This document shows, in pieces, positions 41,177 through 55,181 of a stretch of 64,000 nt of DNA. Within the stretch, counting starts at the first letter, position 1. Every line of letters starts with the position of its first letter. The notes under the pieces are model-generated. The model was not told the origin of the DNA. It worked only from the letters and a program-made list of their open reading frames with translations, and did not search any database. The stretch comes from an uncultured Acidobacteriota bacterium (lineage in GTDB: Bacteria; Acidobacteriota; Thermoanaerobaculia; UBA5066; Gp7-AA6): NCBI GenBank assembly GCA_963810205.1, contig CAWEMP010000014.1, positions 49,588-113,587 on the forward strand, given 5' to 3'. A program made the translations under genes and the position numbers.

Positions 41177-44100
41177 TACTCGATTTCGGTTCCGGCACGC
41201 TCGTCCGAGTCGGGGCTCGTGAGGTCGAGGTCCAGCACGGAGATCCCGGCCCGGCGTGCGTCGTCCTCGAGGGCCTTGCCGGCCGGCAGGAGACGGTCGA
41301 GGCTTGCCCGCGCGCCCGCGAGGGCGTCCTTCTGGATCGAGGTCGGCAGCGTCATCCGCGCCGTCGATGCCCTCGAGCACGGTGCCCAGGCGGCCGTTGA
41401 TCCCGGCGAGGCCGCCCTCGGGGGACCGCTTGCCGGTGGGACCCTCGCCGGTCTCGAGCTCCCGCGCGCGCGCGGCCGCCGAGCGCATCGCGTCCGCGGC
41501 CTTTCCCGAGACACGGGACTGCCGGGCGGCGAGCTCCTTTCGGAGCGCCCGCACGCGGACGAGCGCGTCGTAGGACGCGTTCATCGCCGCGACGACGTCC
41601 TGCTCGAAGGCGAGCCGCTCGGCCAGGGCCTGCGGCGTCGCCCGGACGCGCGGATCCATCGTCAGATCGAGCGGCTGCTCCTGCGCCGCGCCGTCGACCG
41701 TCAGCCGCACGGTGTAGCGGCCGGGCACGGCGAGCGGTCCGCGCGGCGCGACGGGCGTGTCCTCGCCGGCGATGGCGGAGATCATGAAGTCGTAACGGTC
41801 CGACTTCGGGCGCGGATACCGCAGATCCCAGACGAAGCGGTGGTGGCCGGCCGCCGTGGACGGCGGAGCCGCCGGGTGGATGTAGAGGTCGGTGAAGTAG
41901 CGCCGGGCTTCGACCTTCTCGGGCGGATCGTCGCTCGAGAAGGCCCGCACGGTCGCACCCTTCCCGTCGAGCACCTCGATCCGCACGGACTTCGCCGGAG
42001 AGCCGAGGACGTAGTCGAAGACGGCGCCCGGGGGCGGGTTGCGCGCGAAGGGCGTCTCGGGCGGCAGCGGCGTGTCGCGGTTCTCGTTGTTGCGCACGCG
42101 CACCGCGGGCGCCGGAGCGAAGAGCGTGGCGGCAGAGACCTCCGCGGCGGCCGTCACCTGGCGCAGCGGCGTCACGTCGTCGGCGACCCAGAGGCCGCGC
42201 CCCTGCGTCGCGATGACGAGGTCGGCGCCGTGCACCTGGAGGTCCCCGATCCAGCAGGTCGGCAGGTTCTGCTGGAGCGTCTGCCAGTGTGCGCCGTCGT
42301 CGAAGGAGACGAAGGCGCCCGTGTCGGTCCCGGCGTAGAGGAGGCCGCGGCGCACCGTGTCGGCGCGCACGACCATCGCGAAGCCCGGCGACGGCAGGCC
42401 CGTGGAGATCTCCTGCCAGCTCTCGCCCCCGTCGCGGGTGCGGTAGACGTGCGGCGTGAAGTCGTCGCGCCGGTGCGCGTCGACGGCGGCGTAGACCACG
42501 TCGGGCTCGAGCGGCGAAACGTCGAGCGTCGAGATCTTGCTCCAGGCGGGAAGCCCCTTGGGCGTGACGTTCTTCCACGTCCGGCCGCCGTCCTTCGTGC
42601 GGTGGACGAGGCCGTCGTCCGTGCCGACCCAGATTTCCTGCGAGTCGCGCGGCGAGATCTCGATCGTGAAGATGACGCCGTAACCGCAGGGCCGGGCGTT
42701 CTCGACGGTCGCGTCGCCCTCGCAGCCCTTCGCGCCCGGGACGGCGCCCGAGAGGTCCGGGCTCGCCTTCTCCCACGTCGCTCCGTCGTCGAGGGAGCGC
42801 AGCAGATATTGCGCGCCCGCGTAGAGCGCATGCGGCGGGGTCTTCGACATCGCGATCGGGAAGACCCACGACCAGCGGTAGAGGCCGGCGACCGGGCGGC
42901 GCCCGTAGGTGCTCTCCGCGGCGGGCGAGACGTTGCGCACCTGGCCCGTGCGCGTGTCGAAGCGCGTGATCGTTCCGCCGAGCCCCGAGCCGTACACGAT
43001 CTCGGGATCGCGCGGGTCCGGGACGTCCCAGCCGCGCTCCTCGCCGCCGACCGGGTGCCAGTCGCGATACGTCAGCTGGCCGAAGTCGCTCCGCGTCGCG
43101 GCGCCGGCCGTGCCCGAGTCCTGCTGGCCGCTGTAGATCCAGTACGGAAAACGGTCGTCCGCCTCGACGTGGTAGAACTGCCCCGTCGGCTGGTTGTACC
43201 AGTCGCTCCACGACTTCCCGCCGTTGAGCGTCACGATCGTGCCCTGGTCCGCGGCCGTGACCATGCACTCCGGGCGCTTGGGGTTGATCCAGAGGAAGTG
43301 GTAGTCGTCGCCGCCCGGCCCGCCGCGGAAGAACTCGAGCGTCGTTCCCCCGTCCCGCGAGCGTCGGATCGACTGGCCCGACACGTACACGACGTCGCGC
43401 TCGCGCGGATCGGCGGTGAGGCGGTTCATGTAGCTCGACGCGAGGCCCGGCGTCCCGTTGACGCGCGCCCAGTTCGCGCCCCGATCGTCGGAGCGCCAGA
43501 GCCCGGCCACCGGCGACGGCTTGTCGGGCTCGCCCGGGGCGTCGACGAGCGCCCAGACGCGGCCGCCGGACGACGCCGCGAGGCCGACCCGGCCGATCGG
43601 TGTCGCCGGCCAGCCGCCGCCCGAGAGCCGAGCCCACGTGCGCCCGCCGTCGGTCGACTTGTAGACGGCGCTGCCCGGCCCGACCATCGGCTGGAAATAC
43701 GAAAGCCACGGGTAGTTGCGCGCCTGCCAGAGCGACGCGTAGAGGATCGCGGGATTCTCCGGATCGGCCGCGAGGTCCGCGGCCCCCGTGTTCTCGTCGA
43801 CGAAGAGGACATGGCTCCAGGTCTTCCCGCCGTCCTCGGTCCGGAAGAGCCCGCGCTCCCGGTTGGGGCCGAACATGTGGCCGAGCGCCGCGACCAGGGC
43901 GACGTCCGGGTTCTTCGGATCGACCAGGATTCGGCCGACCGCGCGCGAGTCGGTCAGGCCGATCCTTCGCCAGGTCGCGCCGCCGTCGTCGGAGCGATAC
44001 ACGCCGTCGCCCGAGGCGATGTCGTAGCGCGCCTGGATCTGGCCGGTGCCGACGTAAATCACCTTCGGGTTGGACGGCGCGAGCGCCAGCGCCCCCACCG

Positions 44101-44362
44101 AAGCCGACCCGCCGCGCTCGAAGATCGGCGCCCACGTGCGGCCCGCGTCGTCCGTCTTCCACACGCCGCCGGCCGCCGCGCCGAAGTAGTACGTCGTCGG
44201 ATCGTCCGGAATGCCTTCGGCAACGAGCCCCCAGCCGCCGCGAAACGGCCCGATGAGCCGCCAGCGCAGGTCGCCGTAGAGCGCGGGATCGATCGGCTGC
44301 GCTTCGGTCGCCGCCGCGATGGCCGCGGCCAGCCACCAGAGAACGATCGAGGCTCGACGCAT
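41176..44362 (-). CDS. Secreted BNR-repeat (VPS10-like) putative glycosyl hydrolase; apparent frameshift near 41345
   Basis: ATG 44362, signal peptide; WRLIGPFRGG, many S.DGG.TW, QPTGQFYH, QQDSG, ATQGRG, RFVWDLRY, MDPR. The final residues are in the frame ending at 41176. Confidence 0.88.
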
Positions 44363-44400
44363 CGTGGCGCTCCTTCCAAAATTGGATAGATTACGGTCCA

Positions 44401-45462
44401 ATGACTCTACCCACCGAACCGGTCGGAAGTATTCCACGACCGAAGGAGCTGATCGAAGGCATGGCCGCCTTCGGCGCGGGCCGCATCTCCGGCGACGCGC
44501 TGGAGGCGCTCTTCGACGGCGCCGTGCGCGACACGATCCGCCGCTTCGAGGAGACGGGCTCCCCCGTCGTCACCGACGGCGAGCAGCGAAAGCCGAGCTT
44601 CGCGACGTACGCGATCCACGGCGCGAAGAACCTCGCCCCGGGCGGCGTGACGATTCCCTTCGCGGACGGCCACACGAGACAACTGCCGGTGCTCGCGGCG
44701 GGGCCCTTCCGCTACTCGACCTACGCCGCGAGCTACCTCGAGGGCGCCAAGAAGTACGCCACCCGGCCGATGAAGGAGGCCGTCATCGCGGCCTCGGCGC
44801 TGTCGCTGCTCTACCCGGCGGCGGGAATCTCCGGCTACTCGCGCGAGGAATTCCTCGACGACCTCGTGCGCGAAGCGCAGACCGACATCCGCCGCTGTCT
44901 TGCCGCGGGCGCCACCGTCCAGATCGACTTCACCGAGGGCCGCCTCTGCATCAAGCTCGACCCGTCGAAGAAGCTCCTCGACACGTTCGTCGAGCTGAAC
45001 AACCGCGTGCTGGCCGGCTTCTCGGCGGCGGAGAAGACGAAGATCGGCGTCCACACCTGCCCGGGCGGCGACCGGGACTCGACGCACAGCGCCGATGTGG
45101 ACTACGCGGAGCTCCTCCCCGCGCTCTTTCGCCTCGACGTCCACGACTTCTTCGTGCAGCTCGCGAGCGAGCCCGACCGGCCGCGGGTCTTGAAGATCCT
45201 CGGCGCGCACGCGAAAGGCGGCCGCCGAGTCTTCGTCGGCGTCACCGACCCGATCTCGCCGCGCGTCGAGACCGCGGCCGAGGTGCGCGATCGGATCCTC
45301 GAAGCGGCGCGCTTCATCGACCCGGGCGACCTCGGTTCGACCGACGACTGCGGTTTCTCGCCCTTCGGCGACGACGTCTCGACCTCGCGGGAGACCGCCT
45401 TCGCCAAGATCCGCGCGCGCGTCGAGGGCAACGCGATGGCGTCGCGCGAGCTCGGCGTCTAG
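44401..45462 (+). CDS. Cobalamin-independent methionine synthase II family protein (single-barrel, MetE catalytic domain only)
   Basis: VGSIPRP, TDGEQRK, QID, HTC, GV.DP...VET, DCGF; 353 aa with no N-terminal MetE barrel. Confidence 0.85.
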   Translation: MTLPTEPVGSIPRPKELIEGMAAFGAGRISGDALEALFDGAVRDTIRRFEETGSPVVTDGEQRKPSFATYAIHGAKNLAPGGVTIPFADGHTRQLPVLAAGPFRYSTYAASYLEGAKKYATRPMKEAVIAASALSLLYPAAGISGYSREEFLDDLVREAQTDIRRCLAAGATVQIDFTEGRLCIKLDPSKKLLDTFVELNNRVLAGFSAAEKTKIGVHTCPGGDRDSTHSADVDYAELLPALFRLDVHDFFVQLASEPDRPRVLKILGAHAKGGRRVFVGVTDPISPRVETAAEVRDRILEAARFIDPGDLGSTDDCGFSPFGDDVSTSRETAFAKIRARVEGNAMASRELGV

Positions 45463-45465
45463 GAG

Positions 45466-45492
45466 GTCATCCGGAGCCAGGCCCGGGATGAC
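45466..45492. repeat. GTCATCC...GGATGAC hairpin between convergent genes (REP-like or terminator)
   Basis: GTCATCCGG-AGCCAGGC-CCGGGATGAC; same terminal motif as the repeats at 6657 and 52181. Confidence 0.6.
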
Positions 45493-45498
45493 ACGGGA

Positions 45499-47148
45499 CT
45501 ACAGGTCCTCGAGCCGCACAGGCGTGTCGGCGTCCTTCCACGCCGCGTCGAACTGGGCGCGGGTCCAGGCGGCGTCGGCATCCTTCTTCTGGGCCTCGAG
45601 GCTCTTCGACAGGCCGTACAGCGACCGTCCGTTGCGGGGATGCTTGTCGAGATCCGCGCGGAAGACCTTTTCGGCCTCGGCGGCCTGCCCGTCGCGGAGG
45701 AGCGCCGCGCCGAGCGACTCGCGGGTCGGGTAGTACCAGGCGGGCGGCTCGTCGTAGGCGAGGGCGTCCTCGGCCTCCACGGCCTGTCTCCAGAACGCCA
45801 GCGCGGCGAAGCGGTCGCCGTTCGCCTCCGCGATTCGGGCATCGAGCACCGGCGTCGCGACGGAGAGAAGCGCCGCCGCGCTGTTCTGGGGCCCCGCCAT
45901 GCGGCCGGCGGGAATGGCGTCGCGCGCGATCCGGTAGGCGTCGCGCAGCGTTGCGGCGCGCTTCGGATCGCCCTGCGCCGCGGCGGCCATGGCGCGCGCG
46001 TACAGCCAGACGGCCCGCACGAGCGGAAGCGTCGCTCCCGGGTCCGGCATCCGGCGAATGTCGTCCCACTTTCCGAAGCGCAGCGCGACGAAGGCCGGCT
46101 GGCAGAGGAACCCCTCGAGCATCGGGTCCATGGAGACGACCGGCAGGACGCCGTCGAAGAGCTGATCGCCCGCGCGCTTTGCGGCGGCCTGGCGGCCCGC
46201 CATGAGCGCCGCGTACGACTCGAAGTGGACGTTGTGGTTGTAGTACATCACCGGGTACATGCCCTGCGCGCCCGTCTCGCGAATGTAGGCACGGTCCACG
46301 TCGGCCGCCACGGCGTTCGACTTCTCGGCGGCGACGTAGTCGCCCGTGCGGACGTAGACGTGCGCGGGCATGTGGACGAGGTGCCCCGCCGCCGGCACCA
46401 GGGTCTCCAGCCGCGTGGCCGACGGCAGCGCGCGCTCGGGATTCTTCGAGGCCTCGACCGCGTGGATGTAGTAGTGGTTGGCGCCCGGATGGTTCGGGTC
46501 GCGCTTCAAGACCGACTCGATCACGGCGACGATCTCGAGCGTGTTCGCGCCCGGCTCGCCCGCGGGCGTCCACAGCTTCCAGGGCGTGAGGTTCATGAGG
46601 CTCTCGGCGTACAGGGTGGCCGCGTCGAGATCGTCCGGATAGCGCGCGGAGAGGGCCTTCATCGCGGCGGCATAGTCGCGCGCAACCTGGGCCTTGTCGG
46701 ATTTCGCCGGGTCGGCGACGTACCGCGCGGCGAGCGCCTCGGCGTACGCCCGTTCGTTTTCCCTCCCTCCCGCCGACAGGGCGAGGGCCTTCTCGACCTC
46801 GGCGCGCGCCTTGAGCAGTCTTTCGTCGACCGGCGCCGGATCGTTGTAGTTCGCTCCCAGGACGATCGCCATTCCCCAGTGAGGCATGGGGGCCTTCGGA
46901 TCGAGCTCGGCGGCCTTCTCGAACGAACGGAACGCCTCCTCGTGGTTGAAGCCGTACAGAAGCACCATCCCCTGATCGAAGAACTTCTGCGCCTCCGGGC
47001 TCGAGGTCGCGATCGGATGGCGATGGGATCCGACGCCCGAGAGCAGCACCACGGGTTTTGGGGCGCTCGCGGCGCCCGGCATGTCGGCATGCTGCGCCGC
47101 GAGCACGCCGGGGATCGCGGCGGCGAGCAGGAAAATCGGGATCTTCAT
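45499..47148 (-). CDS. Secreted TPR-repeat protein
   Basis: GGAGG RBS, signal peptide; AQKFFDQG...GFNHEEA, HPGANHYYIH, GHLVHMPAH, YDEPP.W, P.NGRSLYG. Confidence 0.85.
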   Translation of the reverse strand: MKIPIFLLAAAIPGVLAAQHADMPGAASAPKPVVLLSGVGSHRHPIATSSPEAQKFFDQGMVLLYGFNHEEAFRSFEKAAELDPKAPMPHWGMAIVLGANYNDPAPVDERLLKARAEVEKALALSAGGRENERAYAEALAARYVADPAKSDKAQVARDYAAAMKALSARYPDDLDAATLYAESLMNLTPWKLWTPAGEPGANTLEIVAVIESVLKRDPNHPGANHYYIHAVEASKNPERALPSATRLETLVPAAGHLVHMPAHVYVRTGDYVAAEKSNAVAADVDRAYIRETGAQGMYPVMYYNHNVHFESYAALMAGRQAAAKRAGDQLFDGVLPVVSMDPMLEGFLCQPAFVALRFGKWDDIRRMPDPGATLPLVRAVWLYARAMAAAAQGDPKRAATLRDAYRIARDAIPAGRMAGPQNSAAALLSVATPVLDARIAEANGDRFAALAFWRQAVEAEDALAYDEPPAWYYPTRESLGAALLRDGQAAEAEKVFRADLDKHPRNGRSLYGLSKSLEAQKKDADAAWTRAQFDAAWKDADTPVRLEDL

Positions 47149-47242
47149 GGAATCCTCCGTCGTCGGAGCCGAATTCTAGTCCGGTCGGCCGCGGCTGGCG
47201 GAGCGCGGGTAGTATTCGGGACGCATCGCCAGGAGGAACAGA

Positions 47243-50000
<2,758 letters not shown>

Positions 50001-50060
50001 CCCCTTCGATCCTCGAGGCGATAAGATCCCGACCCCCGCCGAATCGAAGAGGAGAGGCCG

Positions 50061-52169
50061 ATGACGCTCAAAGCCGCCGCCTTCGCGACTCCGATGCTGG
50101 CGGCGGCGTTGGCGGCGCTCGCCGGCGACGCCGGATCGAAGCCGACTGCAAAGAAGGTGCCCCACATGCAAAAGCTTCACGGAGACGAGCTCGTCGACCC
50201 TTACTTCTGGATGCGGGAGCGCGACAACCCCGAGGTGAAGGCCTACCTGGAGAAAGAAAACGCCTTCGCCGATGCCTTCATGAAACCGACCGAGGCCCTG
50301 CAGAAGGCCCTGTACGACGAGATGCTGGGCCGCATCAAGGAGACCGACCTGTCCGTTCCGTACCGGGACCGCGGCTGGTACTACTACTCGCGGACCGAGA
50401 AGGGCAAGCAGTACGCGATCTACTGCCGGAAGAAGGGGAACCTCGAGTCGCCCGAGGAGATCTACCTCGACGTCAACGAGCTCGCGAAGGGCGAGCGCTT
50501 CATGAACGTCTGGGCGCGCACGGTCTCCGACGACGGGAACCTGCTCGCCTATACGACCGACAGCACGGGCTTTCGCGACTACACGCTGCGAATCAAGAAC
50601 CTGAGCACCGGCCAGCTCCTGCCCGAGAAGGTCGAGCGCGTCGGCTCGGTCGCCTGGGCGCCCGACAACAAGACCCTCTTCTACACGACCACCGATCCGG
50701 CCAAGCGCCCGTACCGCCTCTACCGGCACACGGCCGGGACGGATCCTTCGACCGACGTGCTTCTCTACGAAGAGAAGGACGAGCGCTTCCGCGTGGGAGC
50801 CCATCGCTCGAGGAGCGGCGCCTACATCTTCTTCCCGGTCGCCAGCCACACGACTTCGGAGTGGCGGTACGTGCCGGCCGCGACGCCGGCGGCCGCCCTC
50901 AGGATCGTCGCGCCGCGCGAGCACGAGCACGAGTACTCCGTCGACCACCGCGGCGACCTCTTCTACATCGTGACCAACGACCGCGGCCGCAACAACCGGC
51001 TCGTGTCGGCGCCGGCCGCCGACCCGAGGCGTGAGAACTGGAAGGAGGTCGTCGCCCACCGGGACGACGTCATGCTCGAGGACCTCGATCTCTTCGCGAA
51101 CTGGACCGTTCTCTACGAGCGCCAGGACGCGCTGCCGCGCATCCGCGTCGCCGATGCCGCGGTCGGCAACGGCTACCGCATCGACTTCCCGGAGGCGATC
51201 TATTACGCCGCGGCGGAGAACAACCGCGAGTGGGACACGCAGACGCTCCGCATCGAGTACGAGTCCTTCACGACTCCGCCCTCGGTCTACGACTTCGACA
51301 TGAAGACGAGGGAGCGCAAGCTCCTCAAGCAGCAGGAGGTCCTCGGCGGCTACGACAGCTCCCGATACGCCTCCGAGCGGCGCTACGCCACCGCCTCCGA
51401 CGGAACGAAGATCCCGATCTCGCTCGTCTACCGGAAGGGCTTCGTCGCCGACGGCCGGGCGCCGGCGCTCCTGACCGCGTACGGCTCCTACGGAGCGCCG
51501 AGCGACGCGGGCTTCGACTCGACGCTCGTCAGCCTCCTCGACCGCGGGGTCGTGTACGCGGTGGCGCACATTCGCGGCGGCGGCGATCTCGGGAAGAAGT
51601 GGCACGACCAGGGCCGGATGCTCAAGAAGAAGACCACCTTCACCGATTTCATCGCGTGCGCCGAGGCCCTCGTCGCGGACCGGATCGCGTCGAAGGACCG
51701 GCTGGTGATCGAGGGCGGCTCGGCGGGAGGCCTCCTCATGGGCGCCGTCGTGAACATGCGGCCCGACCTCTTCCGCGCCGTCGTCGCCCGGGTGCCCTTC
51801 GTCGACGTCATCAATTCGATGCTCGACGAGTCGCTGCCGCTGACCGTCGGCGAGTTCGAGGAATGGGGCAACCCGAAGATCCAGGAGCAGTACGAGTACA
51901 TGAAGTCGTACAGCCCCTACGACAACCTCGAGGCCAAGGCCTACCCGGCGATGCTCGTGAAAACGTCCTTCGACGACTCGCAGGTCATGTACTGGGAGCC
52001 CGCGAAGTACGTCGCGAAGCTCCGGACCCTCAAGACCGACCAGAACCCGCTCGTGTTCAAGATCAACATGGCGGGCGGACACGGCGGCTCCTCCGGACGC
52101 TACGACAAGCTGAGGGAAGTCGCCTTCGACTACGCGTTCGAGTTGACGCAGATGGGGATCACGAAGTGA
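50061..52169 (+). CDS. ptrB: Oligopeptidase B (S9A)
   Basis: DPYFWMR, YGSYG, HIRGGG, GGSAGG, VPFVDV, EEWGNP, D.QV.YWEPAK, GHGG.SGR. Confidence 0.93.
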   Translation: MTLKAAAFATPMLAAALAALAGDAGSKPTAKKVPHMQKLHGDELVDPYFWMRERDNPEVKAYLEKENAFADAFMKPTEALQKALYDEMLGRIKETDLSVPYRDRGWYYYSRTEKGKQYAIYCRKKGNLESPEEIYLDVNELAKGERFMNVWARTVSDDGNLLAYTTDSTGFRDYTLRIKNLSTGQLLPEKVERVGSVAWAPDNKTLFYTTTDPAKRPYRLYRHTAGTDPSTDVLLYEEKDERFRVGAHRSRSGAYIFFPVASHTTSEWRYVPAATPAAALRIVAPREHEHEYSVDHRGDLFYIVTNDRGRNNRLVSAPAADPRRENWKEVVAHRDDVMLEDLDLFANWTVLYERQDALPRIRVADAAVGNGYRIDFPEAIYYAAAENNREWDTQTLRIEYESFTTPPSVYDFDMKTRERKLLKQQEVLGGYDSSRYASERRYATASDGTKIPISLVYRKGFVADGRAPALLTAYGSYGAPSDAGFDSTLVSLLDRGVVYAVAHIRGGGDLGKKWHDQGRMLKKKTTFTDFIACAEALVADRIASKDRLVIEGGSAGGLLMGAVVNMRPDLFRAVVARVPFVDVINSMLDESLPLTVGEFEEWGNPKIQEQYEYMKSYSPYDNLEAKAYPAMLVKTSFDDSQVMYWEPAKYVAKLRTLKTDQNPLVFKINMAGGHGGSSGRYDKLREVAFDYAFELTQMGITK

Positions 52170-52180
52170 TCCCTCATCTG

Positions 52181-52273
52181 CGTCATCCCGAGGCGCAAAG
52201 CGCCGAGGGATCCCGAGCTTGACCCGACGCAGCAGGCCATCGAGCCCAGGGGCCCTCGCTGCGCTCGGCACGA
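52181..52273. repeat. REP-like doublet (CGTCATCCCGAG...GAGGGATCC plus a degenerate inverted copy)
   Basis: CGTCATCCCGAGGCGCAAAGCGCCGAGGGATCC at 52181; the degenerate mirror GGGGCCCTCGCTGCGCTCGGCACGA at 52249 lies inside the next ORF. Confidence 0.65.
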
Positions 52274-52935
52274 TCTTCGCCGTCGCGTCGCTCCTCGCGG
52301 CGCCCGAGCCAGCCCCCCTCCACGCCACCTTCATCGGCAACATGGCCTTCGCCATCACCGACGGGAAGACGACGATCTACACCGACTTTCCGTACGAGCC
52401 GGGGGCGTTCGGCTACATGGCCTACGACTTCGCCGCGGTGCACAAGGCGCCGGGAGCGCTGTGCCTCGTCACGCACGGCCACCGGGACCATTTCGACGCG
52501 CTCCTCTTCGCGAAGATGGACGCCATGCTCATCGCGCCGCCGTCGGTCGAGGCGGGGGTGGCGAAGGCGAGGACGATCCCGTTCGCGCCGAGGATGCGAT
52601 ATCGCGACATCGAGATCGAGCCGCTGGCGACGCCGCACGGAAAGATCGAGCACACCTCCTATCTCGTCACGTGGCACGGCCTGAGGCTCTACTTCACGGG
52701 CGACACCGACAGTGCCGACCGCCTTCTCGCGATGAAGAACCTCGATGTCGCGTTCGTTTCGCCGTGGCTGATCGAGGCGGTCGCCGCCAGGAAGGGACGG
52801 ATCGACGCGCGCCAGGTCGTCTGCTACCACCATCAGACGGGCGAGAAGGTGCCCGCCTTCCAGAACCGGATCGTCCCGGCGCAGGGCGAGACGCTGACTC
52901 TTTCGGCCGCTACCGCAGCGTCCGCCCCTCGCTGA
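52219..52935 (+). CDS. Metallo-beta-lactamase fold hydrolase, exported
   Basis: THGHRDHFD (HxHxDH), TPH, FTGDT, C-terminal YHH; start uncertain. Confidence 0.8.
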   Translation: MTRRSRPSSPGALAALGTIFAVASLLAAPEPAPLHATFIGNMAFAITDGKTTIYTDFPYEPGAFGYMAYDFAAVHKAPGALCLVTHGHRDHFDALLFAKMDAMLIAPPSVEAGVAKARTIPFAPRMRYRDIEIEPLATPHGKIEHTSYLVTWHGLRLYFTGDTDSADRLLAMKNLDVAFVSPWLIEAVAARKGRIDARQVVCYHHQTGEKVPAFQNRIVPAQGETLTLSAATAASAPR

Positions 52936-53767
52936 CGGCTCCCGAGTCCGCCGGACGCTGGCGCAAGTACTCCCGGATCTCCTGGATCCGCGTCTCGGGC
53001 AGCGGATGCGAGGACAGCCATTCCGGCGGGCGCTGGCCGCCGCTCGCCTGCGCCAGGATCTCCATCACCTCGAGCATCGCCTTCGGGTCGTATCCCGCGG
53101 CCGCCATCGCGTCGATCCCGTAGCGGTCCGACTCCGACTCGTCGGCGCGCCCGTACTTCATCTGCACCATCTGGTTGACCATCGCCGCGATCATGGCGGC
53201 GCGCTGGCCGCCGTCCGATCCGTCGGAGGCCGCTACGCCGACCGCCTGGGACAGCGTCTGGCCGAGCTGGCCCGTGGCCATCTGCTCGGCTGAATGCCGG
53301 TGAATCACGTGGCCGACCTCGTGGCCCAGAACGCCGGCGAGCTCCGCCTCGGTCTGGAGCCGTTCGAGGAGCCCGCGCGTGATGAAGATCTGTCCGCCCG
53401 GCAGGGCGAACGCGTTCACGGTCTCCGGGTCGGCGAGGAGGTGGAACCGGAAGTTGCCGGCATAGGGACTCGTGCCCGCGTTGCTGCGGGCGACGACGCG
53501 CCCGCCCACCTCTTCCACCAGGCGCGCCTGGGGATCGCTCGGGTCGACGTCGCCGCCCATCTTGTGTGCCATCTCCGGCGCGGCCTCGAGGCCGAGGACC
53601 TTTTCCTGATCGACGGACAGAGCAACGTGCTGTTTCTCGCCCGTCACGGGATTGACCTCGGTGCGGCTCATGTAGGCGATGATGCCGACCGCTGCGATCA
53701 CCAGGGCGATGAGCAGCCGGCTGCAGCCGCGGTTGCGAACCAATCCTCCGCCGCCTCCGTCTTCCAT
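52910..53767 (-). CDS. M48 family zinc metallopeptidase
   Basis: GAGGTG RBS, ATG 53767; NAFALPGG, HEVGH (HEXXH), ESESD, LSSHP. Confidence 0.92.
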   Translation of the reverse strand: MEDGGGGGLVRNRGCSRLLIALVIAAVGIIAYMSRTEVNPVTGEKQHVALSVDQEKVLGLEAAPEMAHKMGGDVDPSDPQARLVEEVGGRVVARSNAGTSPYAGNFRFHLLADPETVNAFALPGGQIFITRGLLERLQTEAELAGVLGHEVGHVIHRHSAEQMATGQLGQTLSQAVGVAASDGSDGGQRAAMIAAMVNQMVQMKYGRADESESDRYGIDAMAAAGYDPKAMLEVMEILAQASGGQRPPEWLSSHPLPETRIQEIREYLRQRPADSGAVSEGRTLR

Positions 53768-53813
53768 GGGCTCACCTCGTGCCGTGGGATTATCTCCCCG
53801 GAGGTTACCGCCG

Positions 53814-55181
53814 ATGGGATTCCGTCCGATGCTCCTCGCCGCTGCCGTGGCTTTCGCCGCCGGCCGGCTTCCGGCCGCCGAGCTTGCGCCCTCCGAGTTC
53901 GCAGCCCGGCGCGCCGAGGCGATGCGGCGCATGGCGGACGGCGTCCTGCTCCTGCCCTCCGCCTCTCTCGGAGAGGCGAACCTCCCGCTGTACGGTTACC
54001 TGCAGGACCCCAACTTCTTCTACTTCACCAACCTCGCCAGCGCCGCGGGTACGGTTCTCGCGCTCGACGGGGCGGCGAAGGAGACGTGGCTCTTCGTTCC
54101 CGAGAAGCTTCCGGGCCTGGCCGGTTTCATCCCGCGGCTCCTCGTCGCCCCGGGCCCCGATTCGCAGAAGACGCTCGGCCTCGACCACGTCGTCTCGCGC
54201 AAGGGGCTCCCGGCCTTCCTCACGCGCCGCCAGGAGTCCCCCGGCGTCGTTCTCTACACGGTCGGCGCCGTCGAGCCTCACGGATTCCCGCTCGACATCG
54301 CCCTCGACGACCCGCTCGCGGCCTGGAACCACGCGATCGAAGAGCTCTGGCCCGCCGACCGCCTCAAGCCCGCCGATGCGATCCTCGCCGAGATGCGTGC
54401 GATCAAGTCGCCGCCCGAGATCGATGTCCTGCGTCGCGTCGGTCTCGCGAGCGCGCAGGCGCTCTCGGCCGGGATGTCGAGCGTGCGCCCGGGACGGCGG
54501 CAACGGGAGGCGGAGGCCGCGGTCATCTCGGCCTGCATCGACGCCGGCGCCGAGGGTCCGTCGTTTTGGCCGTGGACGATGGCCGGGCCGACGAGCGCGT
54601 TCCCCGCGCCTTTCGAGTCGCTCGCCGACTACCGGCACCTGAACCGCGCGATGCAGGACGGCGAAGTGGTTCGAGTCGACGTCGGCTGCGACGTGGACCA
54701 CTACCGCGGCGACGTCGGACGCACCGTTCCGGTCTCGGGGCGCTTCGACGCAGGCCAGCGCGAGACGTGGGAGCTGCTCGTCGCGGCGTACCGCGCGGGC
54801 CTGCGAAAGTTCCGGGACGGGGTGAAACGCGATGACGTCTTTGCCGCCAGCCTCGCCGAGGTCCGGCGCCTCCAGCCCGCGGCGTCGACACCGCTCGGGA
54901 AGAAGGCAGCCGGGCTGCTTCTGGCGCCAGGCGGCCTGAAGTTCTGGGAGGTGCACGGCGTGGGGCTCGAGGCCGCCGAGGGATTGCCGGAGGTCCTGCG
55001 CGCCGGTATGGTCCTCGCCTTCGAGCCGATCTTCTCGGTGGACGGCCAGGGCTTCTATCTCGAGGACATGGTCCTCGTGACGAAAGACGGCCACGAGATC
55101 CTCACGCCGGGCCTGCCCTACTCGGCCGAGGACATCGAGCGCGCCACCCGCCCTCAAAGCAAGGACAAGGCCCGGCCCTAG
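53814..55181 (+). CDS. M24 family Xaa-Pro aminopeptidase, exported
   Basis: GGAGG RBS, ATG 53814; QDPNFFYFT, RAIKSPPEI, DVG....Y.GDVGRT, HGVGL, FEP, EDMVLVT. Confidence 0.9.
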   Translation: MGFRPMLLAAAVAFAAGRLPAAELAPSEFAARRAEAMRRMADGVLLLPSASLGEANLPLYGYLQDPNFFYFTNLASAAGTVLALDGAAKETWLFVPEKLPGLAGFIPRLLVAPGPDSQKTLGLDHVVSRKGLPAFLTRRQESPGVVLYTVGAVEPHGFPLDIALDDPLAAWNHAIEELWPADRLKPADAILAEMRAIKSPPEIDVLRRVGLASAQALSAGMSSVRPGRRQREAEAAVISACIDAGAEGPSFWPWTMAGPTSAFPAPFESLADYRHLNRAMQDGEVVRVDVGCDVDHYRGDVGRTVPVSGRFDAGQRETWELLVAAYRAGLRKFRDGVKRDDVFAASLAEVRRLQPAASTPLGKKAAGLLLAPGGLKFWEVHGVGLEAAEGLPEVLRAGMVLAFEPIFSVDGQGFYLEDMVLVTKDGHEILTPGLPYSAEDIERATRPQSKDKARP

